The notes beneath the pieces are model-generated. The model was given only the letters and a program-made list of their open reading frames with translations. It was not told the origin of the DNA and did not search any database. A DNA stretch of 64,000 bases, from positions 205,902,001-205,966,000 of the forward strand of contig OZ024740.1 in the NCBI GenBank assembly GCA_964016885.1. Reading direction: 5' to 3'. Below, in pieces: positions 1 to 14,322 of this stretch (the first letter of the stretch is position 1; each line of letters opens with the position of its first letter). The translations under genes were made by a program, and so were the position numbers. The DNA comes from Eledone cirrhosa (Eukaryota).

Positions 1-2328
1 AGATGGAATGAGACATATAGGAAGGTGTGGAGAAGAAAGGTCTGGAAGCTAAAAGACATTTCACTAAAATACAAATTTAGGAAAGCCCTTCAAGATGTAT
101 ATGACGAAAAAGAAGACGATTTAGAGACGTATGACATAAATAATAACTGGAATTTCTTACGTGACAACTTGCTGCAGGCTACTGATGAAACTTGTGGCTG
201 GAGCAGAGCTCCAACCAGACAGAGAGTGACCTGATGGTGGAACAGCACAGTAGATAAGGCTATTAGAGACAAAAGACTAGCATGGAAGGCTTGGAAAAAG
301 GGTGGGAGTAGGGAAGAATATACAGCCACTAAGAGAGAAGCTAGACGTCAGGTGTACTTAGCACGCAGGGAGGCAAAGAGTAGGAGGTTTGCCAATGTTC
401 TGCGACGGGAAGATCAGAGGCGTGCGGTGTTCTACATTGCAATGCAGTGTGTCAATGCAAATCAGGATGCTGTTGGAGATAAATGTATCCGGAATGATGC
501 CGGTGTACTTAGTGTCACGAATGATCAGAAAAAGGAGGCCTGGAAATGTCATTATGAGAGACTGATGAATGTGGAGAACAAATGGGAGAGAGAGAAATTA
601 CCCTTGGTAGATCCGACAGAGGGACCAGCTATTGAGATTGACGAATATAGGGTCCAAGAGGCGATTAGGGAAATGAAAAATGGTAAGGCTGCCGGACAAT
701 CGGGAATAGTTGCTGAGATGCTGAAGGCATCAGGGGACGTAGGCACTAAACTGGTTGCACGCATCATCAATCAGGCTATATATGGTGGTGTCATACCCAA
801 AGACTGGTGCAGCAGTATTCTCATAAATTGCTACAAAGGTAAAGGGGATGCTCTGGAGAGGAGCAATTATAGGGGTATAAAACTGATAGATCAGGTTATG
901 AAAGTGGCAGAAAGGATTTTAGCACAACTAATTAGAGAAAGGATCAAACTAGATGAGATGCAGTTTGGTTTTGTGCCTGGGAAGAGTACAACAGATGTGC
1001 TCTTCTTGATGAGACAATTGCAAGAGAGGTTCTTAGAGAAGAATAAGCCACTATACTTAGCCTTTGTTGACCTAGAGAAGGCCTTTGATAGGGTACCCCG
1101 ATCTGTCATCTGGTGGTCCCTAAGGAAGCTAGGTGTTGAGGAATGGCTTGTGAGGACAGTGCAAACTTTGTACAGAGGTACTCTCAGTAAAGTCATGGTA
1201 GGAATGGAGTTTAGTGAAGAATTCCAGATACAAGTAGGAGTACATCAGGGTTCGGTCCTCAGCCTGCTCTTGTTCATTATAGTCCTCCAAGCCATAACAG
1301 AATAGTTTAAGACTGGCTGTCCATGGGAACTTCTCTATGCTGACGATCTGGTTCTTATAGCAGAATCAGTAGAGAAGCTAGAGAATAAATTCTGGCTATG
1401 GAAACAGCAGTTGGAAGCAAGAGGACTGAGAGTGAATCTAGCTAAGACAAAAGTGTTGATGAGTAGAAAAGAGGACAAAACCCTGATTCCGTCAGGGAAA
1501 TGGCCATGTTCGATATGCAGAAAAGGAACTGGCATAAATTCTATAAAATGCACACAATGCAGATCCTGGGTACACAAGAGATGTAGCAGGATAGCAGGCA
1601 AACTAACAGGTAGGGAGAAATATGTATGCAATAGATGTACAGGGAAATTAGACAGTAGAAGTCGCATTGATAGACACATTTTTCAAATGCAGGAGGGCGC
1701 CATAGAAGTGGTGGATAGCTTCCGGTACCTAGGAGATCAGATTAGCATGAGGAGGGTGTTCCGAGGCCATAGTATCTAGAATAAGGACGGGTTGGAAGAA
1801 GTTTAGCGAGCTGTTTCCTCTGTTGACGAAGAAGGGTTTCTCCCTGCGTACGAAAGGCCGGTTGTATGATGCCTGTGTGAGGAGCACGATGCTGCATGGT
1901 AGTGAGACATGGGCAGCAACTGCAGAGGATATGCGACGGCTGGAGAGAAATGAGGCAAGCATGCTCCGTTGGATGTGCAGTGTAAATGTGCGTGAACGAC
2001 CCAGCATAAATGTGTTGAGAGAGAAACTGTGTCTGAGAGGCATAGAATGTAGTGTACAGGAGAGGAGACTGAGGTAGTATGGACATGTGATGCGCATGGA
2101 GGATGACCGATGGGTGAAGAAGTGCCAGGAAATGCCAGTTGAAGGAAGACGTGGTAGAGGTAGACCACGAAAAACATGGGCGGAGGTGGTGAGAACAGAC
2201 CTCAGATCATTGAAGCTCACGGTGGAGATGACGAAGGACCGTGACGAGTGGAGAGAGGCTGTGCTGAATAAGACCCGTCCCACCCTTGCAAGCAGGGAAA
2301 AGCGGACGTAAAATGATGATGATGATGA
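1..2328 (+). mobile_element. RTE-clade LINE, disrupted ORF (linker, RT, PHD-like finger, C-terminus), (ATG)n tail
   Basis: ORF 352-1305 has RT motifs NYRGIKL, AFVDLEKAFDRV and GVHQGSVLS; LYADD lies at ~1333-1347; C-terminal GRGRPRKTW. Stops at 232, 1303 and 2075 and a frameshift at ~1750. Ends ...gcggacgtaaaatgatgatg. Confidence 0.95.
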
Positions 2329-3060
2329 TATATATATATTATATATATGTATATTATATATATATATATATTATATATTATACATATATATTATATTATA
2401 TATATATATATTATATTATATATATATTATATTTATATTATATTATATATATATATTATATATATATATTATATTATATATATTATATATATTATATTAT
2501 ATATATATTATATTATATGTATTATATTATATATCATCATCATCATTGTTTAACGTCCATGTTCCACGCTTGCATGGGTTATATATATTATATTATATAC
2601 ATATATATTATATTATATATATTATATATTATTATATATATATATTATATTTATATATATTATATTTATATATTATATTTATATATATTATATTATATAT
2701 ATATATTATATTATATACATATATATTCATATATTATATTATATACATTATATACATATATATTATATTATATATATATATATTATATTTATATATATTA
2801 TATTATATATATATTATATATATATTATATATATATATTATATATATATATATATTATATATATTATATATATATAATATATATATTATATATATATATA
2901 TATTATATATATTATATATATATATATATTATATATATATATATATATTATATATATATATATATTATATATATATATATATATTATATATATATATTAT
3001 ATATATATATTATATATATAAATATTATATATATATATTATATATATATATATTATATTA

Positions 3061-3399
3061 TCATCATCTCATCATCATCATCTCATTTTACGTCCACTTT
3101 TCCCTGCTTGCAAGGGAACTGATTCTGGCTTGATTTCTACAGCTGGATGCCCTTCCTAACACCAACCTCATTTACAGTGAGTGCTGGGTGCTTTTTTGCC
3201 GTGGCACCTCCACAACCACTTTGCAGTGGAATGATAGGGACCCCAGTCCCTATCATCTCATTTCTACAGCTGAGTAAACTGGAGCAATGTGAAATAAAGT
3301 GTCTTGCTCAAGGAAACAACACATCACCCGGTCTGAGAATTGAACTCATAACCTTTTGATTGCAAGGCCAATGCTCTAACCACTAAGCCATGTGCCTCC
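3061..3399 (-). mobile_element. tRNA-derived SINE family B (tRNA head, ccttgagcaagacactt body, RTE-derived 3' tail)
   Basis: Reverse complement of the copies at 8767 and 60133; A box tggcttagtggt, B box-like gagttcaattc. Confidence 0.85.
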
Positions 3400-3810
3400 A
3401 TATATATATATTATATTATATATATATATATTATATTATATACATATATATTATATTATATATATATATATTATATTATATATATATATATTATATATAT
3501 ATATTATATTATATATATATATATTATATATATATTATATTATATATATATATATATTATATATATACATATATTATATTATATATATATATATATATAT
3601 ATTATATTATATATATATATATTTTATACATATATTATATATATATATATTATATATATATTATATTATATATATATATATTATATTATATTATATATAT
3701 ATTATATATATATATATTATATATATATATTATATTATATATATATATATTATATATATATATATATATTATATTATATATATATATATATATTATATAT
3801 ATACATATAT

Positions 3811-3859
<49 letters not shown>

Positions 3860-4266
3860 TATATATATATATATTTTATACATATATTATATATATATAT
3901 ATTATATATATATTATATTATATATATATATATTATATTATATTATATATATATTATATTATATATATTATATTATATATATATTATATTATATACATAT
4001 ATATTATATTATATATATTATATTATATATATATATATTATATTATATATATATTATATTATATATATATTATATTATATATATATTATATTATATTATA
4101 TATATTATATTATATATATATTATATTATATGTATTATATTATATATCATCATCATCATCATCATTGTTTAATGTCCATGTTCCACGCTTGCATGGGTTT
4201 ATTATATTATATATATATTATATACATATATATTATATTATATACATATTATATTATATTATATAA

Positions 4267-4457
4267 GGGCGGTGTATTGGCAGTATCGGTAGAGGGTCAG
4301 ACGCCATGCTTTGCAGCAAAGAGTTACGGCCCTTTATGGTCTGAGTTCAAATCCCGCCGAGGTTAACTTTGCCTTTCATCCTTCCGGGGTCGATAAAATA
4401 AAGTACCAGTAATACACTGGTTAATTGCTGGCCTTGTGCCAAAAGTAGAAACAATTA
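4267..4457 (+). mobile_element. tRNA-derived SINE family A (core gcctttcatcctt.cggggtcgataaaataaagtaccag)
   Basis: A box tggcagtatcgg, B box gagttcaaatccc; more than 10 related copies in the window. Confidence 0.85.
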
Positions 4458-4855
4458 TATACATATATATTATATTATATACATATATATTATATTATAT
4501 ACATATATATTATATTATATATATATATATTATATTATATATATATATATTATATTATATATATATATATTATATTATATATATATATATTATATTATAT
4601 ATATATATATTATATTATATATATATATTATATACATATATATTATATATATATATATTATATATATATATATATATAATATATATATATATTATATACA
4701 TATATATTATATATATATATATAATATAATAATATATATATTATATATATATATATAATATAATATATATATATATTATATATATTATATATATATATAT
4801 ATATTATATTATATATATAATATAATATATATATATATATATATAATATAATATA

Positions 4856-4888
<33 letters not shown>

Positions 4889-5055
4889 TATATATATATA
4901 TATATATTATATATATATATTATATATATATATATATTATATATACATTATATTATATATATATATATTATATTATATATATATATATATTATATATACA
5001 TTATATTATATATATATATATTATATTATATATATATATATATTATATTATATTA

Positions 5056-5304
5056 TTTCATTTCATTCATTCATTTTACGTCCACTTTTCCCTGCTTGCA
5101 AGGGTGGGACGGGAATTGATTCTGGCTTGATTTCTACAGCTGGATGCCCTTCCTAACACCAACCTCATTTACAGTGAGTGCTGGGTGCTTTTTGGCCGTG
5201 GCACCTCCACGAATGATAGGGATCCCAGTCCCTATCATCTCATTTCTACAGCTGAGTAAACTGGAGCAACGTGAAATAATGTGTCTTGCTCAAGGAAACA
5301 ACAC
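5056..5304 (-). mobile_element. SINE family B, 5'-truncated
   Basis: Matches the body and tail of 3061-3399. Confidence 0.8.
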
Positions 5305-5679
5305 ATATATATTATATATATATATATATTATATATATATATATATTATATTATATATATATATATTATATATATATATATTATATATATATATATTATA
5401 TATATATATTATATTATATATATATATTATATTATATATATATATTATATATATATATATATTATATTATATATATATATTATATATATATATTATATTA
5501 TATATATATATTATATATATATTATATTATATATATATATATAATATATATACATATATTATATTATAGGAACCAGTAAGACCCCGACAGCTGAGCTCAA
5601 GCCGTATTATATATATATTATATATATATATTATATATATATATTATATATATATATATATTATATATATATAATATAT

Positions 5680-5722
<43 letters not shown>

Positions 5723-5959
5723 TATATATAATATATATATATAATATATATATATAATATATATATATATATTATATATATATATTATATATATATATAT
5801 ATATATTAATATATATATATATATTATATATATATATATTATATATATATTATATATATATTATATACATATATTATATATATATTATATATATATTATA
5901 TACATATATTATATATATATTATATACATATATTATATATATATATTATATACATATAT

Positions 5960-5990
<31 letters not shown>

Positions 5991-6023
5991 TATATAATAT
6001 ATATATATATATTATATATATAT

Positions 6024-7170
6024 TATAAGTAGACGAGAAAACAGAACCCAGATCCCCTCAGGGAAATGGCCTTGCTCAGTATGTAGGAAAGGTGTAGGTA
6101 GGAACTCCATTCTTTGCCCCAAATGCAAACAATGGGTACACAAGAGATGTAGCGGGATCTCAGGAAGCTTAATTAAGAATGTAGGATTCACATGCAGCAG
6201 CTGTGCTGAAACAGCAAGCAAACAGCCACAGGAAACAAGTACCACCAATCTCTGGGAGGGCCCTGTAGAAACAGTAGACAGCTTCTGCTACCTAGGTGAC
6301 CGAATTAGCAACGGAGGTGGGTGCTCAGAAAGTACAATAACTAGGGTAAGAACGGGATGGAAGAAGTTTAGGGAACTACTACCACTGCTAGCTGCAAAAG
6401 GCTTCTCCCTCAGAATGAAAGGCAGACTGTATGATGCGTGTATCCGAACAGCGATGTTGCATGGTAGTGAGATCTGGGCGCTGAAGGTGGAAGACTTACG
6501 TAGATTAGAGAGAAACGAAGCCTGCATGCTCCGATGGATGTGTAACAGTAATATACGTGAACGACAAAGCATAAATGAATTGAGAGAGAGACTGAGCATA
6601 AGAGGAATCAAATGCTGCGTGCAGGAGAGGCGGTTACGCTGGTATGGACATGTGATGCGTATGAAGGATGACAGCTGCATAAAAAGGTGCAGAGCACTAG
6701 AAGTTGATGGAAACCGCGGAGTGGGGAGACCCAAGATGACTTGGGATGAGGTGATAAAAGCCGACCTTACCCAACTACACCTCTCAAAGTCAATGACACA
6801 CGACCGTGACTTCTGGCGTCACGCAGTAATACAGGGTACCCGACCTCCCATGGGTACATGCTGAAGCATATAAACAATATGCCCCCCCCCCCCACCGCAA
6901 GGTGGTCGTGGAGGTGCCACGGCAAAAAAGCACCCAGCCCACACTGTAAAGTGGACGTGTAGGCGCCACGAAAAAGCACCCAGCACTCACTGTAAATGAG
7001 GTTGGTGTTAGGAAGGGCATCCAGCTGTAGAAATCAAGCCAGATCAGTTCCTGTATGAGCAAGGCATGGTCAGCCGACCAGACACTGCCCACAACAGGAC
7101 AACCCGTCTAACCCATGCTAGCGTGGAAGAACGGACGTAAAACGGTGATGATGATGATGATGATGATGAT
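6024..7170 (+). mobile_element. RTE LINE 3' fragment (PHD-like finger, C-terminal domain, 3' UTR, (GAT)n tail)
   Basis: WPCSVCRKG...HKRC; ORF 6415-6864 GRLYDACIRTAMLHGSE...GRPKMTW; tail acggtgatgatgat. Confidence 0.92.
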
Positions 7171-7270
7171 ATATTATATATATATATATATTATATATAT
7201 ATATTATATATATATATTATATATATTATATATATATATTATATATATAATATATATATATATATATATG

Positions 7271-7325
<55 letters not shown>

Positions 7326-7430
7326 ATATACATATATATATATATATAATATATATATATTATATATATATATTATATATATAATATATATATATTATAT
7401 ATATATAAATATATATTATATATATATATT

Positions 7431-7601
7431 ATCGGTAGAGGGTTGGACGCCATGCTTTCTAGCATAGTTACGTCCCTTTACAGTCTGAGTTCAAATCCCG
7501 CCGAGGTTAACTTTGCCTTTCATCCTTACGGGGGTCGATAAAGTAAAGTACCAGTAATGCACTGGATAATTGCTGGCCTTGTGCCTAAAGTAGAAACAAT
7601 T
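7431..7601 (+). mobile_element. SINE family A, 5'-truncated
   Basis: Same core as 4267-4457. Confidence 0.82.
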
Positions 7602-7898
7602 ATATATATATATTATATATATAAATAATATATATATATTATATATATAAATAATATATATATATTATATATATAAATAATATATATATAAATTATATAT
7701 ATATATTATATATATATATTATATATATATAAATAATATATATATATTATATTTATATATTATATATATAAATATATAATATATATATATATTATATATA
7801 TATATATATAATATATATATATATTATATATATAAATAATATATATATATATTATATATATAAATAATATATATATATTATATATATATATAATATAT

Positions 7899-7943
<45 letters not shown>

Positions 7944-8006
7944 TATATATATATTATATATATATATATAATATATATATATATTATATATATATAATAT
8001 ATATAT

Positions 8007-8186
8007 CTATCTATCTAAGGCGGGTAAAATTCCCGAGATCCATGGACGAGTTCTCTCCAGCGGTCTCTGTCCCTCATTATCACTGCCATGTCCTGCATCT
8101 CCAACAGACCAGTGTCTGTCCTTAGGGCATCAACATACGTTAACCTTGGTCTTCCCCTTCTAGTGTGTCCATGTAGGGGCTCCCAA
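8007..8186 (-). mobile_element. 3' end of an RTE/RTEX-type LINE with (GATA) tail
   Basis: Minus strand translates WEPLHGHTRRGRPRLTYVDALRTDTG...MRDRDRWRELV...YPP* followed by atag repeats. Confidence 0.75.
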
Positions 8187-8189
8187 TAC

Positions 8190-8262
<73 letters not shown>

Positions 8263-8559
8263 ATATATATTATATATATATATATTATATATATATATTA
8301 TATATATATATATTATATATATATATATTATATATATATATTATATATATATATATATATGTAAATATATATATTATATATATATATTATATATATATAT
8401 ATTATATATATAGATATTATATATATATATATTATATATATATATTATATATATATATATTATATATATATATATTATATATATATATATATTATATATA
8501 TAATATATATATATAATATATATATATATATAATATATATATATATATATAATATATAT

Positions 8560-8602
<43 letters not shown>

Positions 8603-8766
8603 ATATATATATTATATATATATATTATATATATATATATATATAATATATATATGTATATATATATATTATATATATATATAATATATATATATATTAT
8701 TTATATATATAATATATATATATATTATTTATATATATAATATATATATATATATTATTTATATAT

Positions 8767-9114
8767 GGAGGCACATGGTTTAGTGGTTAGAGCATTGGCC
8801 TTGCAATCGAAAGGTTGTGAGTTCAATTCTCAGACCGGGTGATGTGTTGTTTCCTTGAGCAAGACACTTTATTTCACATTGCTCCAGTTTACTCAGCTGT
8901 AGAAATGAGATGATAGGGACTGAGGTCCTTATCATTCCACTGTAAAGTGGTCGTGCAGGTGCCACAGCAAAAAAGCACCCAGCACTCACTGTAAAAATGA
9001 GGTTGGTGTTAGGAAGGGCATCCAGCTGTAGAAATCAAGCCAGCATCAGTTCCCGTCCTACCCTTGCAAGCAGGGAAAAAGCGGACGTAAAATGAAATGA
9101 TGATGATGATGATG
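8767..9114 (+). mobile_element. SINE family B, full length
   Basis: ggaggcacatgg.ttagtggttagagc head; RTE-like tail cccttgcaagcagggaaaaagcggacgtaaaatga(tga)n. Confidence 0.88.
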
Positions 9115-9243
9115 ATATATATTGTATATGTATTATATATATATATTATATATATATATATATTATATATATATATTTACGTGTATATATCATCATCATC
9201 ATCATCATCGTTTAACGTCCGTGTTCCACGCTTGCATGGGTTT

Positions 9244-9277
<34 letters not shown>

Positions 9278-9286
9278 GTAAATATA

Positions 9287-10800
9287 TATGTATAAAGAAA
9301 CAGTCAGCAAGGTTAGAATTAACAACGAATATAGTGAAGAGTTTAACGTAAAAGTTGGTGTTCATCAGGGCTCTGTTCTTAGCCCCCTACTATATATTAT
9401 TGCCCTTCAGGCTATAACAGTGGAGTCCAAGACTGGCTGCCCAAGGGAACTCCTATACGCAGATGATCTAACGCTCATAGCTGAATCAATGGTCGAGCTA
9501 GAGAAGAAATTCCAAACATGGAAGCACGGCCTAGAATCAAGAATTAAAATTAACCTGGCTAAGACTAAAGTTCTAGTTTGTATGAAAGAAAATAAGGCGC
9601 CGGTCCCTTCCGGGAAATGGCCATGCTCAGTGTGTAGGAAAGGCGTAGATAGAAACTCCATTTTATGTCCCAAATGCAAAGTATGGGTGCATAAAAGATG
9701 TAGTGGGATCACAGATAAGCTAACTAAGAACATAGATTTTACATGTGGCCGGTGCTCTGGTGCAATAAGCAGCAGCAAGTGCCCACAAAATACTAGCTCT
9801 TTCAATTGCGCAGAGGGTTCTATAGAAATAGTGGACAGCTTCCGTTACCTGGGTGACAAAATCAGCAGTGGGGGAGGGTGCTCTGAAAGTACAGTAGCTA
9901 GAGTCAGAACTGGATGGAAAAAGTTGAGAGAGCTTATGCCACTATTAGCTGCTAAAGGGTTCTCCCTAAAAATGAAAGGCAGGCTGTATGATGCCTGCAT
10001 ACGAACAGCAATGTTGCATGGCAGTGAGACCTGGGCATTGTGTGCAGAGGATATACGCAGACTAGAGAGGAACGAAGCTTGCATGCTCCGCTGGATGTGT
10101 AATAGTAATATACGTGAACGGCAAAACATAAATGAACTAAGGGAAAAATTAGAAATAAGAGGGATCAGATGTTGTTTACTCGAGAGATGGCTACGTTGGT
10201 ATGGTCACGTGATGCGCATGAAAGACGACAGCTGTATAAAAAAATGCAGGGCAATAAAGATAGACGGTAGCCACGGAGTAGGCAGACCCAGAAAAACCTG
10301 GGACGACCTGATAAATTCCGACCTCACACACTTATACCTCTCCAAGACAATGTCACTGGACCGAGATCTTTGGCGGTACTCAGTAATAGAGAAGACCCGC
10401 CTTACCTAAATACAAAGTAAAAACCTACTACAGTCAGTAGGCATCTCTAACAAAATACACCCCCATCCCACCATCCCCACCCCATCCACACCGCCCCTTT
10501 CAATGTAAAGTTATGTTGGTGCCACAACATCCAGGCCTAAACAAATGAGATCGTGTAGGTGTCATGACAAAAAAACACACAGTCCACGCTGTAATGTGGC
10601 CGTGTAGGCAACACGGTAAAAACCTCCCAGCCCCACACTGTAAATGTGGTTGGTGTTACGAAGGGCATCCAGCTGTAGAAAACCCGCCAGACAGTCCTAT
10701 GCGAGCAAGAGGGAAAACTCTATGCCTCAAGTGGGAAAACTCCTGTCCAAACCCATGCAAGCGTGGAACATGGACGTTAAACGATGATGATGATGATGAT
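9287..10800 (+). mobile_element. RTE LINE, 5'-truncated, open 373-aa RT/PHD/C-terminal frame
   Basis: GVHQGSVLSP, LYADD, C4HC3 motif, GRPRKTW; near-identical to 53211-54737; (GAT)n tail. Confidence 0.95.
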
Positions 10801-11174
10801 ATATATATACACACACACACTCTATGTTAAGGTATCGGAACATATATAGTATGTATGATGATTATGTTTCTCAATAAAAATAAAAAATATCAATGGACCT
10901 TGGCCCAAACGGTCTATGGCTCTTTCTTCCTCTCTCTACATATATCTTAATTTGAAATATATATATATTTGAAATTTGAAATGCGTGTGTCCCAACACAA
11001 ATGTGACCATGATAATAGTGATCACTATAAATAATTGAGAAAATCAAGTAAAATCCACCTGGAGCTGAAAAGAATTTACAGAGGTGCCTGCGAGGAAAGG
11101 AACCACGCAACTCCTGACCACATTTTCTCCGTCTCCAAAGGTACTTTATCCAGGGTTGAATTTAGACCTTGGGT

Positions 11175-11551
11175 AAATAGGTAACCGTGTATATATATGG
11201 TCATCCCATCTATTAGGAATATCTATATCTACATAATCTAATCAGAGTTGGATTTAGACCTTGGGGCCTCGGGGCACTTTAGGTCCAGGGGGGGGGGGTG
11301 CTCATACACAAGAAATTAGAATACACAGCAAACCTCCCAATTTTACATATCAAATTTAGCTTGGCGCAAATAATTGGAATCGAAAAGTTATATATGCAGG
11401 TATTAAATTCAAAAATTCTAACCATCCTAAAAATAAAATGCCCAGCTGAGGGCACACATAAATTGCTACAACCGTCGTTTGTGCCCCACACGCACACACT
11501 GTAGGGGGCCCAGAGCAACTCCCCATTTGCCCCGTATTAAATCTGGCCTTG
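11175..11551 (+). mobile_element. Dispersed MITE-like element; inverted diverged copy at 13570-13920
   Basis: Termini cagagttggatttag...taaatctggccttg; interior aaatttagcttggcgcaa..aattggaatcgaaaagtta recurs reverse-complemented at ~13705-13745. Confidence 0.65.
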
Positions 11552-12489
11552 ACATTACTCGCTTTTCTCAACTATTACTTATAGTGATCAACTATTATAG
11601 TCATTTACGTTAAGACGTAAACATTTAAAATATATATTTTCATAACAAGTATTGTGGATATTTTAATATATTCTTACCTTTACGGTTTGAAATAAGAAAA
11701 CGAATACATTGATATGTTCATTTTGTAATAATGATTTTATGTATATTCGTTATAAGTAAATATAGTATTGGATAAACGTATGTGACTGATAGTTATTATG
11801 TATATATTAAATTTATGTAATAAATCGATTGTAATTTATTGTAATAGTTCTATTTGTTATTTGTATTTGCTATGTTTATTGTTAGTGCGCTAGATTTGAT
11901 AGTGTGTCGATTACTCTCTATTGTCATGTAGAGGTTTTACATCTCACAATGTCTTCATCAATAAAAGAATACAATCTATTTATTAATAAATTGTTGTTTC
12001 TTAATTTTTATCATTGTGTATGTGTGTGTGCATGTAAAGATTTGTGACAGCTGTTGTTATCAATGAAATAATTCAACACCAATTAGAACTATACTTATAA
12101 ACAAACACAAATATACAAAGGAGTTGGTCTAAAATTATACGATACATTGTTATTCATTAAATTTAGTTCAACTAATACTAAACGGATTATAAACCCATAC
12201 CAATGACAAGGTTATCATCAATACGTCAGTAATATTTGAGAATATACAATGAAGATCATAATGTGTAGATTTATTTTCTTCTGTCCCCCCAAAATGTATA
12301 CACACTTTGATCATAGATACAATATTTATCAGAATGCACGACCTTTCCCAAAAATAAAATGATTTACAGACAATTCAATTGCATGTAAATAAATTCATGT
12401 GGGGGTGATGCGTGTGTGAGTCCCGGGTTCAATCGGGGGTAACCACAGTAAGTAAGGTACTCAATACATTAGTAGAATGTAAACAACAA

Positions 12490-12596
12490 ATTTAATATAG
12501 AAATGGCTTCTACAGGACTAGAACTGTTTCATTCGAAGGAAATCATCCTTCGAATCAAACAGTTCTAGTCCTGCAGAAGCCGTGTCTATATTAAAT
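12490..12596. repeat. Fold-back palindrome (~51-bp arms) containing an HHR 3' half
   Basis: Arms flank the loop aatca (12541-12545); minus strand reads GAAAC-AGTTCTA-GTC at 12516-12530. Confidence 0.75.
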
Positions 12597-13569
12597 GTGT
12601 TTATATATATATATATATATAAAGAATAAAATAATTGTTTCTACTTTTGGTTCAAGGCCAGCAATTATCCCAGTGTATGTTGAAAAGACAGTTTACATTG
12701 ATTCAATTTTTACCTTGGATTAGCGGTCTTATTGAAAACGTAGACAATGTTCACACGTTCAGCTTTTTTTTCCTTACTTTTTTTGCGCGTTCTTTTGCTT
12801 TTTTCGCGGTGACAGTTCAATTATGGAAGATAAAAATAATTGTGTAGTAAGGTAAAATAGCCCTGCTGTTTTTTGTTGTCGTTTTTGGTATCAACAAATT
12901 AGCCGGATCGAACAACCGTGATGTGGGCAGCTCTCTGAGAATTCCAGTATGCCGCTAATTATATGAAACGTCACCTAGATCTTGTTCGACAAGGGAGACT
13001 ACTCTCTCTCTCCCTCTCCCTTTTAACTAATACTTTACTGGCTTAACATATTCAAGGGCATAAGATAATGGTTGCTAATTAAAGTACAACCAGGACCGGC
13101 GCTACCATTAAGCTCAACTAGGTACTCACCTAGGGCGCAGATCTTAAAGAGATACATAACTGAGCCTTAAAGGATCACAGCTTTATGCAAAATTGTATGA
13201 TTAAATTAAATATAGAATAATATTCTGCGATCAATAAATCAATCGCTAAACATCTTTGCTATGTATCATCATCATCATCATCATCATCATCATTTAACGT
13301 CCGTTTTCTCTGCTAGCAAGGGTTGAACAGGTCATCATAGATTAAGTCAGTATTTAATCAATTCCACTGACCTCTCAAATGTGCCAGGAGCTGCATCTCT
13401 CTTACATACAATTCTGCATTTTATTAAGAGGATTGGGTGCGCTTTATTGTAGTGTCAACGCAAGGGGGGTCATGTCATTGACATAACTGAAGAGTCCTCT
13501 CGACCTTTTGTTTGTCAGGTTAGTATCACTAACTACTATACAAAATGTACTAGGTACATTTTTTATGGC

Positions 13570-13920
13570 ACTGGATTTAATAGGGAGCAAAGGGGGCAAT
13601 TGTCCCGGGACCCCTGCGGTGGGGTCCCCAACAGCAACGGTCGTAACAATTTGTGCCCTCAGCTGGGCTTTTTAGTTTTAGGATGGTTAGAATTTTTGTC
13701 TGTATAACTTTTCGATTCCAATTACTTGCGCCAAGCTAAATTTGATATGTAAAATTGGAGGTTTTGCTATGTATTCTAATTTTTTGTGTATGCCCCTCCC
13801 TCTCCCCAAATAACCTGAAGTGCCCTGCACCCCCAAAGCCTAAATCCAACACTGATTAGATTATGTCGATATAGATATTCATAATAGATGGGTTGACCTT
13901 GTATATATAGTTACCTATTA
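13570..13920 (-). mobile_element. Second copy of the MITE-like element at 11175-11551
   Basis: Reverse-complement similarity along ~350 bp. Confidence 0.65.
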
Positions 13921-14322
13921 ACCTATTTGTTTATCATATTTTTCCTGCATTTTCTTTTAGGAGTTTTTTTCTCCTGTGTCAGTATTTTTTTGCATTACCC
14001 TCTCCAATGAGTCAAAGGACCATGATCTGTATTGTTGTCTTGTCTTGTATCCATTGTATTTTTATCCTAAATAGCTCCCTTTTTTTTTAGAAGATATTAA
14101 TGAACTAGCAAGACTAGTATTGTCCCAGCATCTGAAATTACAAAGACAGTCAGTAGATAGCTGATGAGCAAGAAATCCCCATGTGTTCATCGCCAAGTTT
14201 TCATTGTTTTTTGTTTGTTTCATTTTGTTAATTTTGAACATATATTTGTCAGGCTGCTTGATAAGGGTTGTCTTGGAAATAAACAATGACAACCACACAA
14301 TACAACTGGTAAATATGCTATC

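Larger units (their letters stand above)
2329..9286. repeat. Compound (TA)n/(TATAT)n microsatellite field interrupted by SINEs and LINE 3' fragments
   Basis: Directly visible low-complexity TA sequence; the I/Y ORFs here are artefacts. Confidence 0.95.

Noticed and set aside
1335-2283. Antisense ORFs over RTE copies (also 6288-6734, 53330-54145, 62603-62977)
   Set aside because: Shadow frames of the LINE coding strand.
8767-8840. SINE heads as genuine tRNA genes
   Set aside because: They have A and B boxes but continue into the SINE body and LINE-derived tail, with no proper cloverleaf acceptor stem.
11670-12830. Minus-strand splice-donor-like sites (cttacct at ~11672, ccttac at ~12772)
   Set aside because: No supporting open exon or homology; could be UTR exons but cannot be supported from sequence alone.
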